Shown here: positions 16,096-26,945 of the stretch, in pieces
How the letters are laid out: each line of letters opens with the position of its first letter
How positions within the stretch are numbered: position 1 is the stretch's first letter
IMG/VR virus record: IMGVR_UViG_3300025132_008330
Coordinates: 1 to 57,716 of that record
Length of the DNA stretch: 57,716 nt
Source of the DNA: a virus
Taxonomy: Duplodnaviria; Caudoviricetes
Strand: one strand, 5' to 3'
Made by a program: the position numbers and the translations under genes
Notes under the pieces: model-generated
The model's database searches: none
Told to the model about the DNA's origin: nothing
The model's input: only the letters and a program-made list of their open reading frames with translations

Positions 16096-19000
16096 TTATG
16101 GTAAAGGATCATCTAAGCCAAATCCCGGTATGCTTGCAATATCCACATCAGAAGTTTGCTGCCCCGGAGTGCTTACTGATTGCTTTTTTGCCTCCTCTGA
16201 CTGGATTTGCTGCTCCAAAGGAGGTTCTTCGGCAGTACCTGCTGGGGAGTTTCTTGGCTCAAATGTTATAGTAGAGTCCATTTTTCCTAATTCAACCAAG
16301 GAAAAGAAATCGTATGGCCAATTATAGCTGTATATTAACTGCTTTCCCGACACTCCCAGTTTACCTTGTGGATCAAGCTCACTCAAGCCAAATCCCTTAT
16401 TGTCATCCTGTGTAATTGACAAGCCAAAATAATTATTTTTTGCTCTCTTTTTAACCTTAAACACCATCCACTTCATGTCAGCAGGAAATACAGATATGTC
16501 TGCCGTATCTGTCTTATCTTTTCCTGTTAAAACTCCGGGATTCGTCCCAAAAAACTCTAAATCTGGTCCGGTTAAAACCGGATGCTCAATTGTTGCTTCA
16601 GTTAGCTGTGCAGTCACTGAAATATCCGGCATCATGTTTTGCCAAATTAAAGATAGGTCATCTTTTGACAAGCTGTGTTCAAATTCAAAAATATAAGCAA
16701 CATATGGTTCTACACTATCGTTATTGATGCAATCTAGGTGTGGAGGCATCACATATTTTTTCATCTTTTTTATCATATCAGATATGGAAGTTTCTTTAAT
16801 ATTTTGTGTTACGCCAGAAAAATCGCCTGCTTTTACAGCTATTCCGTCATTCTCTATATTTTGTTTCTGCACATTAAAAGCTGACTTTGGTATTTTGACC
16901 CTTGTGCCGTCAGAATTTAAAGGTATTGCAACAATTGCTTCACTGATTGTTTTTGACGAGGCTATTTCTCCAACTCTTTTCTGCCTGCCATCAAATCCAC
17001 AGACATCTATCAAAGATCCGGTAGCTCTAATACTAGTTTCTCTTTCTCCGCCTGCACGACCAACAACAGCCTTCCTTGTTTTAATTTGAGGGAATGAGTC
17101 TTTTATAGATATGAACACTCCTTCGTCTTCCGCTGGTATTGTTCCGAAAGTCTTCCACATCCCAGATGTCATCTTCTGTTCTTCGCCGGAGCCATGACCG
17201 AATGAAGCTGTTGGGTGGGATTGAAAATTTAATGTTGGACATTCAAACTTTGTTTCTATCACCCAGACATCGTTTTCAGTGTTATTTGGAGATGTTACTG
17301 CCTTTGGGACATATGAAATTTCTCCATTGTCACCTATAATTGGTGCATAATCAACAAATTTTTCTCCTGTCCTTTCAAAAAGTTTTATAGACGAGCTGAT
17401 TTGCATTTGATTTCTATAAGCCGCAGAGGCTGATGGGCTTAATGCAGTCAATGCCCTAGAGCTGCTCCACGCACCTTTTGTGTTGTCGTTTGTATTTAAA
17501 TATACAGTCTCTATTTCAGCCGAAGAGAATATCTCAGACAAAGTAAATGTGTCAGAATCGCCTTCTTCCATAGCTCTTAGTGCATGAGGTCTGAATGCAA
17601 CCCTTGCGATTGAAGAGCCATAGAAATATGGTGGTGTGTATGGAGCAAAGGCGGGATCTCTAGTTGCCCTTACGATTTCTGAGCAAACCTGACTAGCTGT
17701 AGCCTCTGAGCGCATTCTACTAACAGAAAAAGCAGGTCCATAATGCATGCCCCTTAGCCTATTGTCAAATTCAACACTTAGGTCAGATGCAGTATGTGCC
17801 GCTGTAAAATCAAAACAAGCAGAGGGACCTTCATACATTTTAAATTGAGATGTTTTACTTAACACAACATCCATAAAATATGTCGTTCCAGACACCATTG
17901 GTTTGAATTGTTTTTCTGGCTTTGATACAAATGTTGTAACTTGCTGATCTTCCAAGAAGAAATCAATTGTTTCTGCCAAAAAGTTGCTCATTGCAAGGTT
18001 ATATTTTCTATCGAATTCTCCTGTCCAAGCACAATTTGGAGTGGGTCTTGCATATCCTGCATTATCGTACCAAGCAGATGTTTCAGTTGGATCCCCATTG
18101 CCATCAAGGGGGGAAAATCTTTTAGCAAGATCACTATAATTCAAGTCAAGGTCCAAATAATTGTTCCACATGTGATACAAGTTAGCAGAGGGGTCGGTGA
18201 TGCCCCCATTGTTAAAGTTGTCATTAAATTTAGGTAAGTGCTTATTTGGCTCAACGATTGCTTCAAATGGCATTCTCCAATCTGGGTCGAAATTAAACAT
18301 TCCGGCAGCACGATAGCCATATGCTGGTTGCGATCCAGTGCTTAATGGAGTTGGATTTTTTGAAGTAATCGAGCCGGTGATTACCGGCCAATCTACAGCA
18401 ATTCCAGACTTAACTGTATTGAACATGATTCCGGGTGCAAAGAAAGGCTGCAAAAGAGACGCCAATTGTTGCGTTTCCTGTTCTGCATCAACAGCACCTT
18501 TGCCATTGTAAGTCCCTGTCAAGTAAGGACCATATGACGAAGAAAACATTTGTCCCAACTGAACTGTTCTTAGGGCGGGATAAAATCCTTGATAAGGTAA
18601 TAGCTTTTTGATTCCTTTGCATTTTAGCTTTATTTTTGAAGGGATAAGGGCGCTATTTATCTTCTCAGCGGGGGCGCTAACATGATCTTCCCTTAGCACT
18701 TCAAAGTGCTTCATAAAGTCTGTATGTGAATATATTCTAAAAAACTCATCATTTAAAAGATTGGTGTTTTCTGTTGTCGCACTAGATGTATTTGAAGTTG
18801 TTGCACCAATGACATCCATGAATTTTTTATTTGGGGCTTTGAAACCTTTTTTTAGATAGTAATCCATGTGATCAGATATTCTAAATTCTGGTATAACTGT
18901 AAAATCCTTACCGATTCTTCTGATGTCGTTTGAATATTCATCGTATGAATCAAACCACGGGTTTCTACTGGAGGTCAGATTTGCTGTCCAGTCTGGTATC

Positions 19001-22000
19001 ATGTTTAAGTGAGCTAAACTGTAGCTATTACCTGTTTTATCAAGTATGTCTGATCCTGATAGTGCAAAGGTTCCATACTCGTAACTTAAGGATGCCGTTA
19101 TTGCGTTTGAAGACGAGAGAGTCGTTGGCGCAGAGCTTGCCAATCCCTGCATTGGCACTTTGTATAAATTAAACACCCAGTTGTTATAAGAGAGTTCTCC
19201 ATTCAAGGATTTTAATTCAGTAGTTGTTGGCAATCTCAGTGACCCTTCGCCATCTCCCGCTGCTGTTACACTGGCTCTGGAGCCACCGGCACCTGTCGGA
19301 GCAATTTGAACCATTGGGTAATTTGCTGTCAACGGCCAACAATCTAAGTCAATTACATTCTCGTATGATGTTCCTTTGAATGTACCAGCATCAATTGGTA
19401 CATTCATTGAATTTTTTGCATCGCCGATTGACCTTAAGCGATCTTTTGATTCATCTCTCCAGAATGTCCTAGCTTTTCCAAGTGGTCTATTAAACTCTGT
19501 TGATCCGCTCGCTTCACCGTAATTTTCTCTCATTCTTGTTTTTTTCAAGAATGTAAATGACTCTCTAGGATAAACAGTTTCTCTATATTTCATGGATGGC
19601 ACTAACTTAATTGGGTTAGATCCAAGAAGGGCGCCGTCATATTCATTATCGATATAAATTCTTTTAAGATCATCGTAAACCTGTCTTTCATAAGACGGGT
19701 CAAACCCAATGGTTTTTGTCATGCTTTCAAAAACTGTTTGTATTCCATTGGTATTTGTCATGGTGAAATATACCAAATTATTACCATAACTACTGTTTAG
19801 TATAATTTCTGGACCTTCTAAGCCATCGTCTTTTTGAAAATTCCAAAGTTGCACTATGTGCCTTAGCGGTTTATACTTTGAGCTAACCGGGGGTTCTGTA
19901 TAAGAAAACAATTTGTCCTCTGCCACAAACTCACCATTATTTTCAAATATATCGTTTAATACATTTTCTTCCCTCAAGAAAGACATTCTGTTTGTCTTCT
20001 TCATGTCTTTTACTACAGGGTGGTCTCCTTGTCTTACTTGCTTCCAAGAAGAGAAGCCGCCAGCACCATTTCTATTAAGATTGATCGCATTTAATATAGC
20101 ACTCTGACCAATATATCCGGCAGCAAGATTGCTTAAATCTTCAGCTATCAAACCGCTATTGACAAAATCAGAATTCAATGACAAACCTAAAGTGTTTGTG
20201 GATGCCGTTATATCCCCAATAGCATGAAAATTTAATCCCACAAAATCAGTTGGAACAAGTGCAAAAGTCGCAGCTCGTGGGATTGCCGAAGCGAAAAGTC
20301 TATTCCCTGATGTTACAAATGACTGTACCTGACTTGCTGTAACAAATGTGATATCTGTCGAAGCCATGCTAGCATTAACATTGTTTGGCTGCTGGTATCC
20401 AAATATTGTTGATGTAGCAGATGCTGTGATCCAGCTATATTGCATATCACTTTGCGGAATCATATGCTGAACAAAAGCATTATCAAATGTTGTTCCCGTA
20501 ACTAGATTCAACCCGAGACCATCGTGAGACCCAGCGTCTGGTTGTCCGTTAATTTTTAGTCTTTTTGCCCCATTTCTTTGCGTCTTATGGTATGACGCAT
20601 TTGGGCTGCCAATAACGCTGTTGTATCCCCCAAAAGCACTGTGCTCCGTTAACCAACCTCTCAAAGGGACTCTGACAGACAAGTTTCTGTATGGCAATGC
20701 ATTATAGACAGAAAATGTTTCTGATTCGTAGTCCATGAACCCTGCACCCATGGTTTCGGGACCTCCGGGGGCGGAAAACTTATTGACAAAAACATACTTG
20801 TTTTTTCCTCGATTTGGAATAGCCCTATCAATATTGCTGCGGATTGGCAAAAAGGTCGGCGACACAGATGCTGTGCTTATGCCAACATTTTCAATAAAAT
20901 ATTTATTATTTATAGACCTGCCCGGAATTTGCACAATTTCGTAATCATGTGAGTAGTTACCAAGAGATATTGAGCTTCCAAGCTCATTCGTTGTGCCTCC
21001 GACTGAAGGTATTTGAGAACTTGTTATGTTTTTGATGTTCTTTATATTTACAGAACTTTTGGCAATATGATCTCTTGAATATCCTGCTCTTGGGTACCCC
21101 GTTGATATAGCAAAAGGATTATAAATTACAAAATAGGTTTCAGTGCCAACGACAGTTGTTGTTGTATACCACCCTTCTTGTCTTGTCGAAGCAGCCGATA
21201 TATTAAGACCTACATGCCTATATTGATATCCCCCAACATGTTGTTCTGTGAAAGGACCCTGTAGAGGCACATCTTTAGTGTCTACATAATAATCTTGCAA
21301 ATGCTGAGTTGTTTTAAAGAAGCCTGTTGGGTCTGTGTTTTGACTCCCGACAGATGAACTATAAAACACAACTGGAGAAGCCATTCTTCCCAAATATGAT
21401 GCGCCAGATTCGCTGCCAGATGTTATTCTAAATTGAGGCTTAAATTTAAACTGAGGGTTTTTATCAGTTGTGTCATCGCATGTTACTGGCTTACTAAATG
21501 TCGTTGTGTTAAAAGCTATGTTCTCTCCGGTTCCCGGAGGTGTTTCTGCAAAGACAAACTGTTTCTTATTAAGACTTTTTCTAAGCCCTTGATTATCCAA
21601 GTTCAATCTTATTCCAGTATCAAGTTTTCGGTTGAATACCTGAAGGGAGGCAGAATGAATCTGTTTTCTATCATAATCAGTGGCAGCATCACCGCTGGTA
21701 AGCGTTGGATTATCTCTTGATGCTCTTTTATTCCACCATAGACAGTTGTCTTTTTCTGAATTGTCTAAAGGGGCATGCCCGTTCTTCCAATCATATGCTA
21801 ATTCGTTGATTCCTCTGGCTGCATCCTCAATAATGCCAAGTTTTCCCTCCACTGTAGGGAACTTGGATTGATATTTATTTCTTTCCAGCATGTGGCTTTC
21901 AACAACATTCGTTACTGAGGGCATTTTTGCTGAAGCTGGCACTAATTGTTTAACCATTTCAGAAATTGAGTTATCTAACCACTTGTAGTAATTTAAATAT

Positions 22001-25000
22001 TTTTCAAGATCAGGAGTGTTTCCAACTCTATTGAAGAAAAGATTTCTAACCTTTTCCATTGACTTGAACCCCATCCTATATCGATTTACAGGATCGCCAA
22101 CATAGTTTTCTAAAGCACTTGCTTCTTTTGATGCGATGAAAAAATTTATCATTTCTTCGGAAACCGTTTGATACATGCTTTTTTCAATTGCAAAAGAAAA
22201 TTTTACAGGAAGTGTGTTTTTTGTAAATGTTAGATCATCTGTAGCTGCAATAGTGATCATGTTTGAATCATTAATATTTTCAGGTATTTGCTGCTTAAAA
22301 GCAGATAAATATTCTCTAGACACAGAGTTTTTATCACTTGCTTCGAAGAAATCTCCTCGGGCGTCATTATTGCCCTCTAATAAGTTTTCAAAATCTGTGC
22401 CCCAGAGTTGATAGTTTTCATCCTGATTAATAGTATAGCTACTATCCTTAACAATAAACTGCCCACTTCCATCAGAGCCTGTAATCGTGTCAAATTCCCA
22501 ATTTAGTAAAAGCGATTTTATTCTTGGGACCTCGATTGCACCATCTGGTCTTGGAATTGTTAAATATGAATTTTCATTTGGTGTTATAACTCCATAGGTG
22601 CTTGGATCTATGGCATGAGCTTTGAATTCGTCGCTACTCAAATCGTCTGCCCAGTATCTACATGAAGAAACAAGAGCATCAGAAAATTCTCTTACGGACC
22701 CAGTAAAGTTTGTCCTATGAGCACCTGCATAAAGCCTTTTCTTTTGAGTTATAAAGTTTAACCCTGCGGCGTTTGTTATTGATCCAGTGGCTTTGAAAGA
22801 GTTTATCACAACATCCGATATTGTACTTATTCCTTCAAACTCAACATCGTAATCCTTTCCCAATGAACCAGTAATTGTTGTTCCTATGTACGGATATCCT
22901 TTTGGCTTTACTCTTACTGCAAAATTCCACTTTACATCCTTGTACTGATCCATATATAAGCTACTTGTCAAAGTTGGCAAAACACCATTATAGCTTTTCA
23001 TTATAAATTGAACACTTTTAGAAGCTTCCTCATCTTCTTTAAAAGTATCAGCGACGGCGTAAACTTGAAAGTTTGCATAATCATTAGAGTCCCAAGTTGT
23101 AACAGTCGCTGCATCGGAGCCTGCATCAATTTTAGCAGAGTGCATACCAAACACTGAAGATGTTAAATAAGGAAAATATTTATTTTGAAAATTTGGATCG
23201 CCGAATTCAGGCTTTCGAGGAAGAATTGCCTCTGCCTCCACAGTCATGGCAAGACCTCTATCAAATCCCGATGTTGTGTTCGTGCTACCTGTTATAAAGC
23301 CAAAATTATTTGCCTCACTTGAGTTTTTATATGAGTAAACGCTTGCATCATTTCGTTCTACATTGTTAAAATCAGCATATGTCTTTCTTATTGATTTTTC
23401 TACAAAATTATTTGTCAAAGTGAACTCTGAATTGTCAGCGTACAAGTTAATTTTGTATATTTCTTCGTCTACCCCAAAGCACCTAAAAAGATTTCGTATT
23501 GCCTTTTGAGTACCCTTAGACTTATTAATATATGTTAAATTGTTGTAAATATTTTGGTATATATAATTTTTAACATCATACAGTTTTTTTTCGTACTCTC
23601 TTTCATTATCTTTGTGCGACAAAGCTGCAATTACATCAGTGTCAGCAAATATTTCAGGAGCTACAAAACCATAGTTTGTTAGCAACTTCGAAGCGAAAGG
23701 GGATGGCTTGGTGTGCGATTCTATACTGCTACTCAAATACCTAACTGTTTTTATTTTTTTCATCTCCTCGATTTGAAGATGAAGGGTGTCAAAATAGCTA
23801 GCCATTATTTGAGTCAGCTCTAATGTCGTGTTTCTATTTCCATTGGAATCCTCTTCTTGAATCCAAGCTGGTAAAGTGTTGAAAAGCATTGACGGATTTC
23901 TATAATCCCACTCTTTTCCTTTTTGTATTGAAGAGTCTTTGTATGAACTAACTGTTGGGTGAGAGAAATACAATATGGGGTCTTTAAATTCTCTTTCAGC
24001 GGCTCCTGCCAAGACCATTGCAGACCCCGTACTTCTGGCTGTGGCGCTATAATTGTTATAAAGACCATTGGAGACTCGACCTGAATAGTCTAAAACATTT
24101 TGGTCTGATGTGGTGTCTCCTGTGATTCCTTCATTAAATTTAAAATATATTCCAAGCTTTGTGTTTGATGTATCTGTGTTTGTGCCTGCTCCAACTTGAG
24201 TAAACCAATATGAATTGATTTCATTCTCTGTCCTTGCTGTTTTCCAAAACCTAAACTCATCAAATGAGGCAGACGCATTACCTCCACCAGAAAAGGTTGA
24301 TAATCCAGCAGTTATACCGGCAGCTTTTACATATTCATTTGGATAAGTTCTGTATCCTCCAAGATGAGCGTCAATTCCGCCAGCAGATGCGCCTGTGACT
24401 TCTAGCACAGATGATCCTGTCAGCTTGTTTTCAATAAGATTTCCGTTATAAAATGTTTTAACATTTAATTGATTGCCGCTATTTTTAATTGTTACTGCAT
24501 AATGGTCAAAACTTCCTACTGTTGGCGCACCAATAATAGAAATTGGAAACAGTGGCACTCTTTCTGCACCAGTTGTACCGGAGTGGAATGTAAGGTGCAT
24601 CAAGCAACCATTGACAAAGTTGTTGCTCGTTGTTTCGAACCTGCTCTCCAACAAGAGGCGACCATAGCTAGCGCTACCGGGTTGAGTTTCTGCGGTTCCA
24701 TCGCTGTTCCAAGCATCAAAAAGAGCCTTAGTTGTAAAAACATTGCCGTCTGTTCTTAACCAGAACTCAATAGTGTTTCCCGTAGCTCCATCAATAGTAA
24801 TGTTTTTTTCCCTATTGTTGGAAGTATCATAGAAATTTGCTTTATGTTCTGGATTTTTAAAATCTGCTGATTTTTCTAGATTTTGATCGTACAGGGGAAG
24901 AGATGCTTGATTTGGTCCACCCTTTACACTAACATATTGAGCGCTTGTTGCCAATTGATAAGCTTCATCACCAGTTCCGGGGTTATTGACAAAGGACGCT

Positions 25001-25404
25001 GCGGCGCCTCCATTTAGGGGTGCAAACGATACGAATCCATTTGTTCTAGGATATTCGTTTTCAAAAATATAGTTATCCAAATAAGACGAAGACAAAGACC
25101 ATTGAATTTTTTCTTTCTTTGACCCATCATATGGATAGGTCTTGTAAATTCTTTCAATGGATGTTTTGTAATATTCTTTAGCAGATCCGTATTTAGCGAA
25201 TTTTGCCGGGGCAGAAAAATCTACTGTTGGCACAACTCTTTCTTTATTCTCTAGCTCTGCTCTAATATAATCTGCTGATTCTATTTGATCCCCTAAAGAA
25301 TCTAAACTTGCAGAAGCAACAAATTTTGAAGACGCTTGTCCGTTTGTACTTTTTTTGCCAAAAAGGGATTTTAACCCGCTGGTCTTATCGCCGTATTTTG
25401 CCAT
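16096..25404 (-). CDS. Giant baseplate/tail protein with LamG (concanavalin-like) domains
   Basis: 3102 aa. TIEFWLR...FDHYAVT...FDEFRFWKTART...YFKFNEG...DYSGR LamG signature. LTYINKSKGTQKAIRNLFRCFG resembles the KGT motif of baseplate wedge (gp7/tail protein I-like) domains. Downstream of gp6/gp25. Confidence 0.75.
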   Translation of the reverse strand: MAKYGDKTSGLKSLFGKKSTNGQASSKFVASASLDSLGDQIESADYIRAELENKERVVPTVDFSAPAKFAKYGSAKEYYKTSIERIYKTYPYDGSKKEKIQWSLSSSYLDNYIFENEYPRTNGFVSFAPLNGGAAASFVNNPGTGDEAYQLATSAQYVSVKGGPNQASLPLYDQNLEKSADFKNPEHKANFYDTSNNREKNITIDGATGNTIEFWLRTDGNVFTTKALFDAWNSDGTAETQPGSASYGRLLLESRFETTSNNFVNGCLMHLTFHSGTTGAERVPLFPISIIGAPTVGSFDHYAVTIKNSGNQLNVKTFYNGNLIENKLTGSSVLEVTGASAGGIDAHLGGYRTYPNEYVKAAGITAGLSTFSGGGNASASFDEFRFWKTARTENEINSYWFTQVGAGTNTDTSNTKLGIYFKFNEGITGDTTSDQNVLDYSGRVSNGLYNNYSATARSTGSAMVLAGAAEREFKDPILYFSHPTVSSYKDSSIQKGKEWDYRNPSMLFNTLPAWIQEEDSNGNRNTTLELTQIMASYFDTLHLQIEEMKKIKTVRYLSSSIESHTKPSPFASKLLTNYGFVAPEIFADTDVIAALSHKDNEREYEKKLYDVKNYIYQNIYNNLTYINKSKGTQKAIRNLFRCFGVDEEIYKINLYADNSEFTLTNNFVEKSIRKTYADFNNVERNDASVYSYKNSSEANNFGFITGSTNTTSGFDRGLAMTVEAEAILPRKPEFGDPNFQNKYFPYLTSSVFGMHSAKIDAGSDAATVTTWDSNDYANFQVYAVADTFKEDEEASKSVQFIMKSYNGVLPTLTSSLYMDQYKDVKWNFAVRVKPKGYPYIGTTITGSLGKDYDVEFEGISTISDVVINSFKATGSITNAAGLNFITQKKRLYAGAHRTNFTGSVREFSDALVSSCRYWADDLSSDEFKAHAIDPSTYGVITPNENSYLTIPRPDGAIEVPRIKSLLLNWEFDTITGSDGSGQFIVKDSSYTINQDENYQLWGTDFENLLEGNNDARGDFFEASDKNSVSREYLSAFKQQIPENINDSNMITIAATDDLTFTKNTLPVKFSFAIEKSMYQTVSEEMINFFIASKEASALENYVGDPVNRYRMGFKSMEKVRNLFFNRVGNTPDLEKYLNYYKWLDNSISEMVKQLVPASAKMPSVTNVVESHMLERNKYQSKFPTVEGKLGIIEDAARGINELAYDWKNGHAPLDNSEKDNCLWWNKRASRDNPTLTSGDAATDYDRKQIHSASLQVFNRKLDTGIRLNLDNQGLRKSLNKKQFVFAETPPGTGENIAFNTTTFSKPVTCDDTTDKNPQFKFKPQFRITSGSESGASYLGRMASPVVFYSSSVGSQNTDPTGFFKTTQHLQDYYVDTKDVPLQGPFTEQHVGGYQYRHVGLNISAASTRQEGWYTTTTVVGTETYFVIYNPFAISTGYPRAGYSRDHIAKSSVNIKNIKNITSSQIPSVGGTTNELGSSISLGNYSHDYEIVQIPGRSINNKYFIENVGISTASVSPTFLPIRSNIDRAIPNRGKNKYVFVNKFSAPGGPETMGAGFMDYESETFSVYNALPYRNLSVRVPLRGWLTEHSAFGGYNSVIGSPNASYHKTQRNGAKRLKINGQPDAGSHDGLGLNLVTGTTFDNAFVQHMIPQSDMQYSWITASATSTIFGYQQPNNVNASMASTDITFVTASQVQSFVTSGNRLFASAIPRAATFALVPTDFVGLNFHAIGDITASTNTLGLSLNSDFVNSGLIAEDLSNLAAGYIGQSAILNAINLNRNGAGGFSSWKQVRQGDHPVVKDMKKTNRMSFLREENVLNDIFENNGEFVAEDKLFSYTEPPVSSKYKPLRHIVQLWNFQKDDGLEGPEIILNSSYGNNLVYFTMTNTNGIQTVFESMTKTIGFDPSYERQVYDDLKRIYIDNEYDGALLGSNPIKLVPSMKYRETVYPRESFTFLKKTRMRENYGEASGSTEFNRPLGKARTFWRDESKDRLRSIGDAKNSMNVPIDAGTFKGTSYENVIDLDCWPLTANYPMVQIAPTGAGGSRASVTAAGDGEGSLRLPTTTELKSLNGELSYNNWVFNLYKVPMQGLASSAPTTLSSSNAITASLSYEYGTFALSGSDILDKTGNSYSLAHLNMIPDWTANLTSSRNPWFDSYDEYSNDIRRIGKDFTVIPEFRISDHMDYYLKKGFKAPNKKFMDVIGATTSNTSSATTENTNLLNDEFFRIYSHTDFMKHFEVLREDHVSAPAEKINSALIPSKIKLKCKGIKKLLPYQGFYPALRTVQLGQMFSSSYGPYLTGTYNGKGAVDAEQETQQLASLLQPFFAPGIMFNTVKSGIAVDWPVITGSITSKNPTPLSTGSQPAYGYRAAGMFNFDPDWRMPFEAIVEPNKHLPKFNDNFNNGGITDPSANLYHMWNNYLDLDLNYSDLAKRFSPLDGNGDPTETSAWYDNAGYARPTPNCAWTGEFDRKYNLAMSNFLAETIDFFLEDQQVTTFVSKPEKQFKPMVSGTTYFMDVVLSKTSQFKMYEGPSACFDFTAAHTASDLSVEFDNRLRGMHYGPAFSVSRMRSEATASQVCSEIVRATRDPAFAPYTPPYFYGSSIARVAFRPHALRAMEEGDSDTFTLSEIFSSAEIETVYLNTNDNTKGAWSSSRALTALSPSASAAYRNQMQISSSIKLFERTGEKFVDYAPIIGDNGEISYVPKAVTSPNNTENDVWVIETKFECPTLNFQSHPTASFGHGSGEEQKMTSGMWKTFGTIPAEDEGVFISIKDSFPQIKTRKAVVGRAGGERETSIRATGSLIDVCGFDGRQKRVGEIASSKTISEAIVAIPLNSDGTRVKIPKSAFNVQKQNIENDGIAVKAGDFSGVTQNIKETSISDMIKKMKKYVMPPHLDCINNDSVEPYVAYIFEFEHSLSKDDLSLIWQNMMPDISVTAQLTEATIEHPVLTGPDLEFFGTNPGVLTGKDKTDTADISVFPADMKWMVFKVKKRAKNNYFGLSITQDDNKGFGLSELDPQGKLGVSGKQLIYSYNWPYDFFSLVELGKMDSTITFEPRNSPAGTAEEPPLEQQIQSEEAKKQSVSTPGQQTSDVDIASIPGFGLDDPLP

Positions 25405-26945
25405 TAATCCTCTACCCTAAATTTAAATACCTCTGGTTGCTCATCATATCTACCGTTTGTATAATAGGCTAGCTTTATACCATACGCATACCCCGACTCT
25501 AACAAGTCCATGTTTAAATCAAAATAGTTCCCAGAAATATCATAAGATAATCTGGTGTATGATCCTGCCGAACCTGTTTGCTGTGGAGTAGATGCTGAAC
25601 CAGTTCCAAAAGCAATTGCCTCTAAATCATCAACAATTCTAAATACTTTAAAATATGCATTTTCAACTATGTAATTCTCTATTTGTGAACTAGCGACAGT
25701 ATATGCTGTCGGGCTCCAACCTTTTTCTCTAACATATAATCTAAATCTCGCATTTTCCGCTCGGGAATATGAGTCTTTTAAATTAGTTATCTTGCTAACA
25801 AAATTTGGATTTGGGTTTGTATTTGAAGCTCCATAAAGATTTACCGTTATCGCTGAACCTGTGTGATATTGTGTTCCACTTTTGTTCCACACTGGGAATA
25901 CAGTCGTTACCGATGAACTCGCTGCCGGATATACTAAACTAGCAGTATATATTCCCGTTGATATTTTTCCACCTACGGCTACAGTGTCGCCATCTGCTGC
26001 AACCCCTGCGCCTTGAGGCAACAGTATAGCATCTCCTGTTGGGGTAACATTTAAAGCAGATCCTGAAAAAAGGCTAACATCTACTATATTGTCTGTAAGT
26101 CCGGGGATGTCTGTTAGTTGCCCTCTAATATAGTTGTACAAATAAAGTTTATTAACATTGTCATCCGCTGGGGCGAGGGCACTGCTTAAGTAAAAAGTTG
26201 CGGCATTGTCCTTCTCTGTAGAGTCCCATCTAGCCTCAAGCACAGGTCTTTTGAAAAAATATTCACTTGATCTAGAAAAAAACTTTTTAGTATAATAAGT
26301 GTGAGATCCAGTTTCATAACTACCAGATAGTTTAACTAAAAACCCATATCTTGCCAAGCCAGAGCCAGAGCCATGAAGCATTTTCTCTACCATGTGAGAA
26401 ATATCAACTTCAAGGTCTTCTGTCCCATTGGTAAAGTATCCAACACCAGTAATCGTATCGTCACCTTCTCCGTCAGGAACTATGTCGCCACCTTGGGTTG
26501 TCCAATTGGTGCCGAGAGATGAAACAATCCAGTTGGATCCGCTTAGTACTCCATAAGTTTGATCCGTATACTCGTCCATATCAAGACCATCACCCTCTTG
26601 CCATGAGGCAGAAAGTGGCTGAACTGACATATAAAATTTCTTTGGGAGTGTAGATGCATGCCTAGCATTGTACATTCTTAAATACCAAGAGACATTTCCA
26701 CTAGCAGGGATTGTTGGGAGGCTGGAACTTCTTTCGGTTTCAATATCCGCAAATGGGAAATTTATTAAGATTCTAGATTTTTCAGACGAAAGACCAGAGG
26801 ACGATGATGTTTGCCCTGATATATAAAAAGATTCTAAGACATCTGCTGCCCCCATATTAGAACCTGTTCCACGAAATGCTAGGCTTGATCTGAAGGCATT
26901 TGTGATTGTGTTGTCAGCACTAGCTGTGTATCTATATAATCCCAT
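25404..26945 (-). CDS. Baseplate/tail-associated protein (DNRLRE-like beta-sandwich N-terminus)
   Basis: ASADNTI...SRILINF...W.EGDG...NW...W...GGD...VDISHMV...GFLVKL...FFSR...RPVLEARW pattern. Translationally coupled to the neighbouring genes. Confidence 0.6.
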   Translation of the reverse strand: MGLYRYTASADNTITNAFRSSLAFRGTGSNMGAADVLESFYISGQTSSSSGLSSEKSRILINFPFADIETERSSSLPTIPASGNVSWYLRMYNARHASTLPKKFYMSVQPLSASWQEGDGLDMDEYTDQTYGVLSGSNWIVSSLGTNWTTQGGDIVPDGEGDDTITGVGYFTNGTEDLEVDISHMVEKMLHGSGSGLARYGFLVKLSGSYETGSHTYYTKKFFSRSSEYFFKRPVLEARWDSTEKDNAATFYLSSALAPADDNVNKLYLYNYIRGQLTDIPGLTDNIVDVSLFSGSALNVTPTGDAILLPQGAGVAADGDTVAVGGKISTGIYTASLVYPAASSSVTTVFPVWNKSGTQYHTGSAITVNLYGASNTNPNPNFVSKITNLKDSYSRAENARFRLYVREKGWSPTAYTVASSQIENYIVENAYFKVFRIVDDLEAIAFGTGSASTPQQTGSAGSYTRLSYDISGNYFDLNMDLLESGYAYGIKLAYYTNGRYDEQPEVFKFRVED

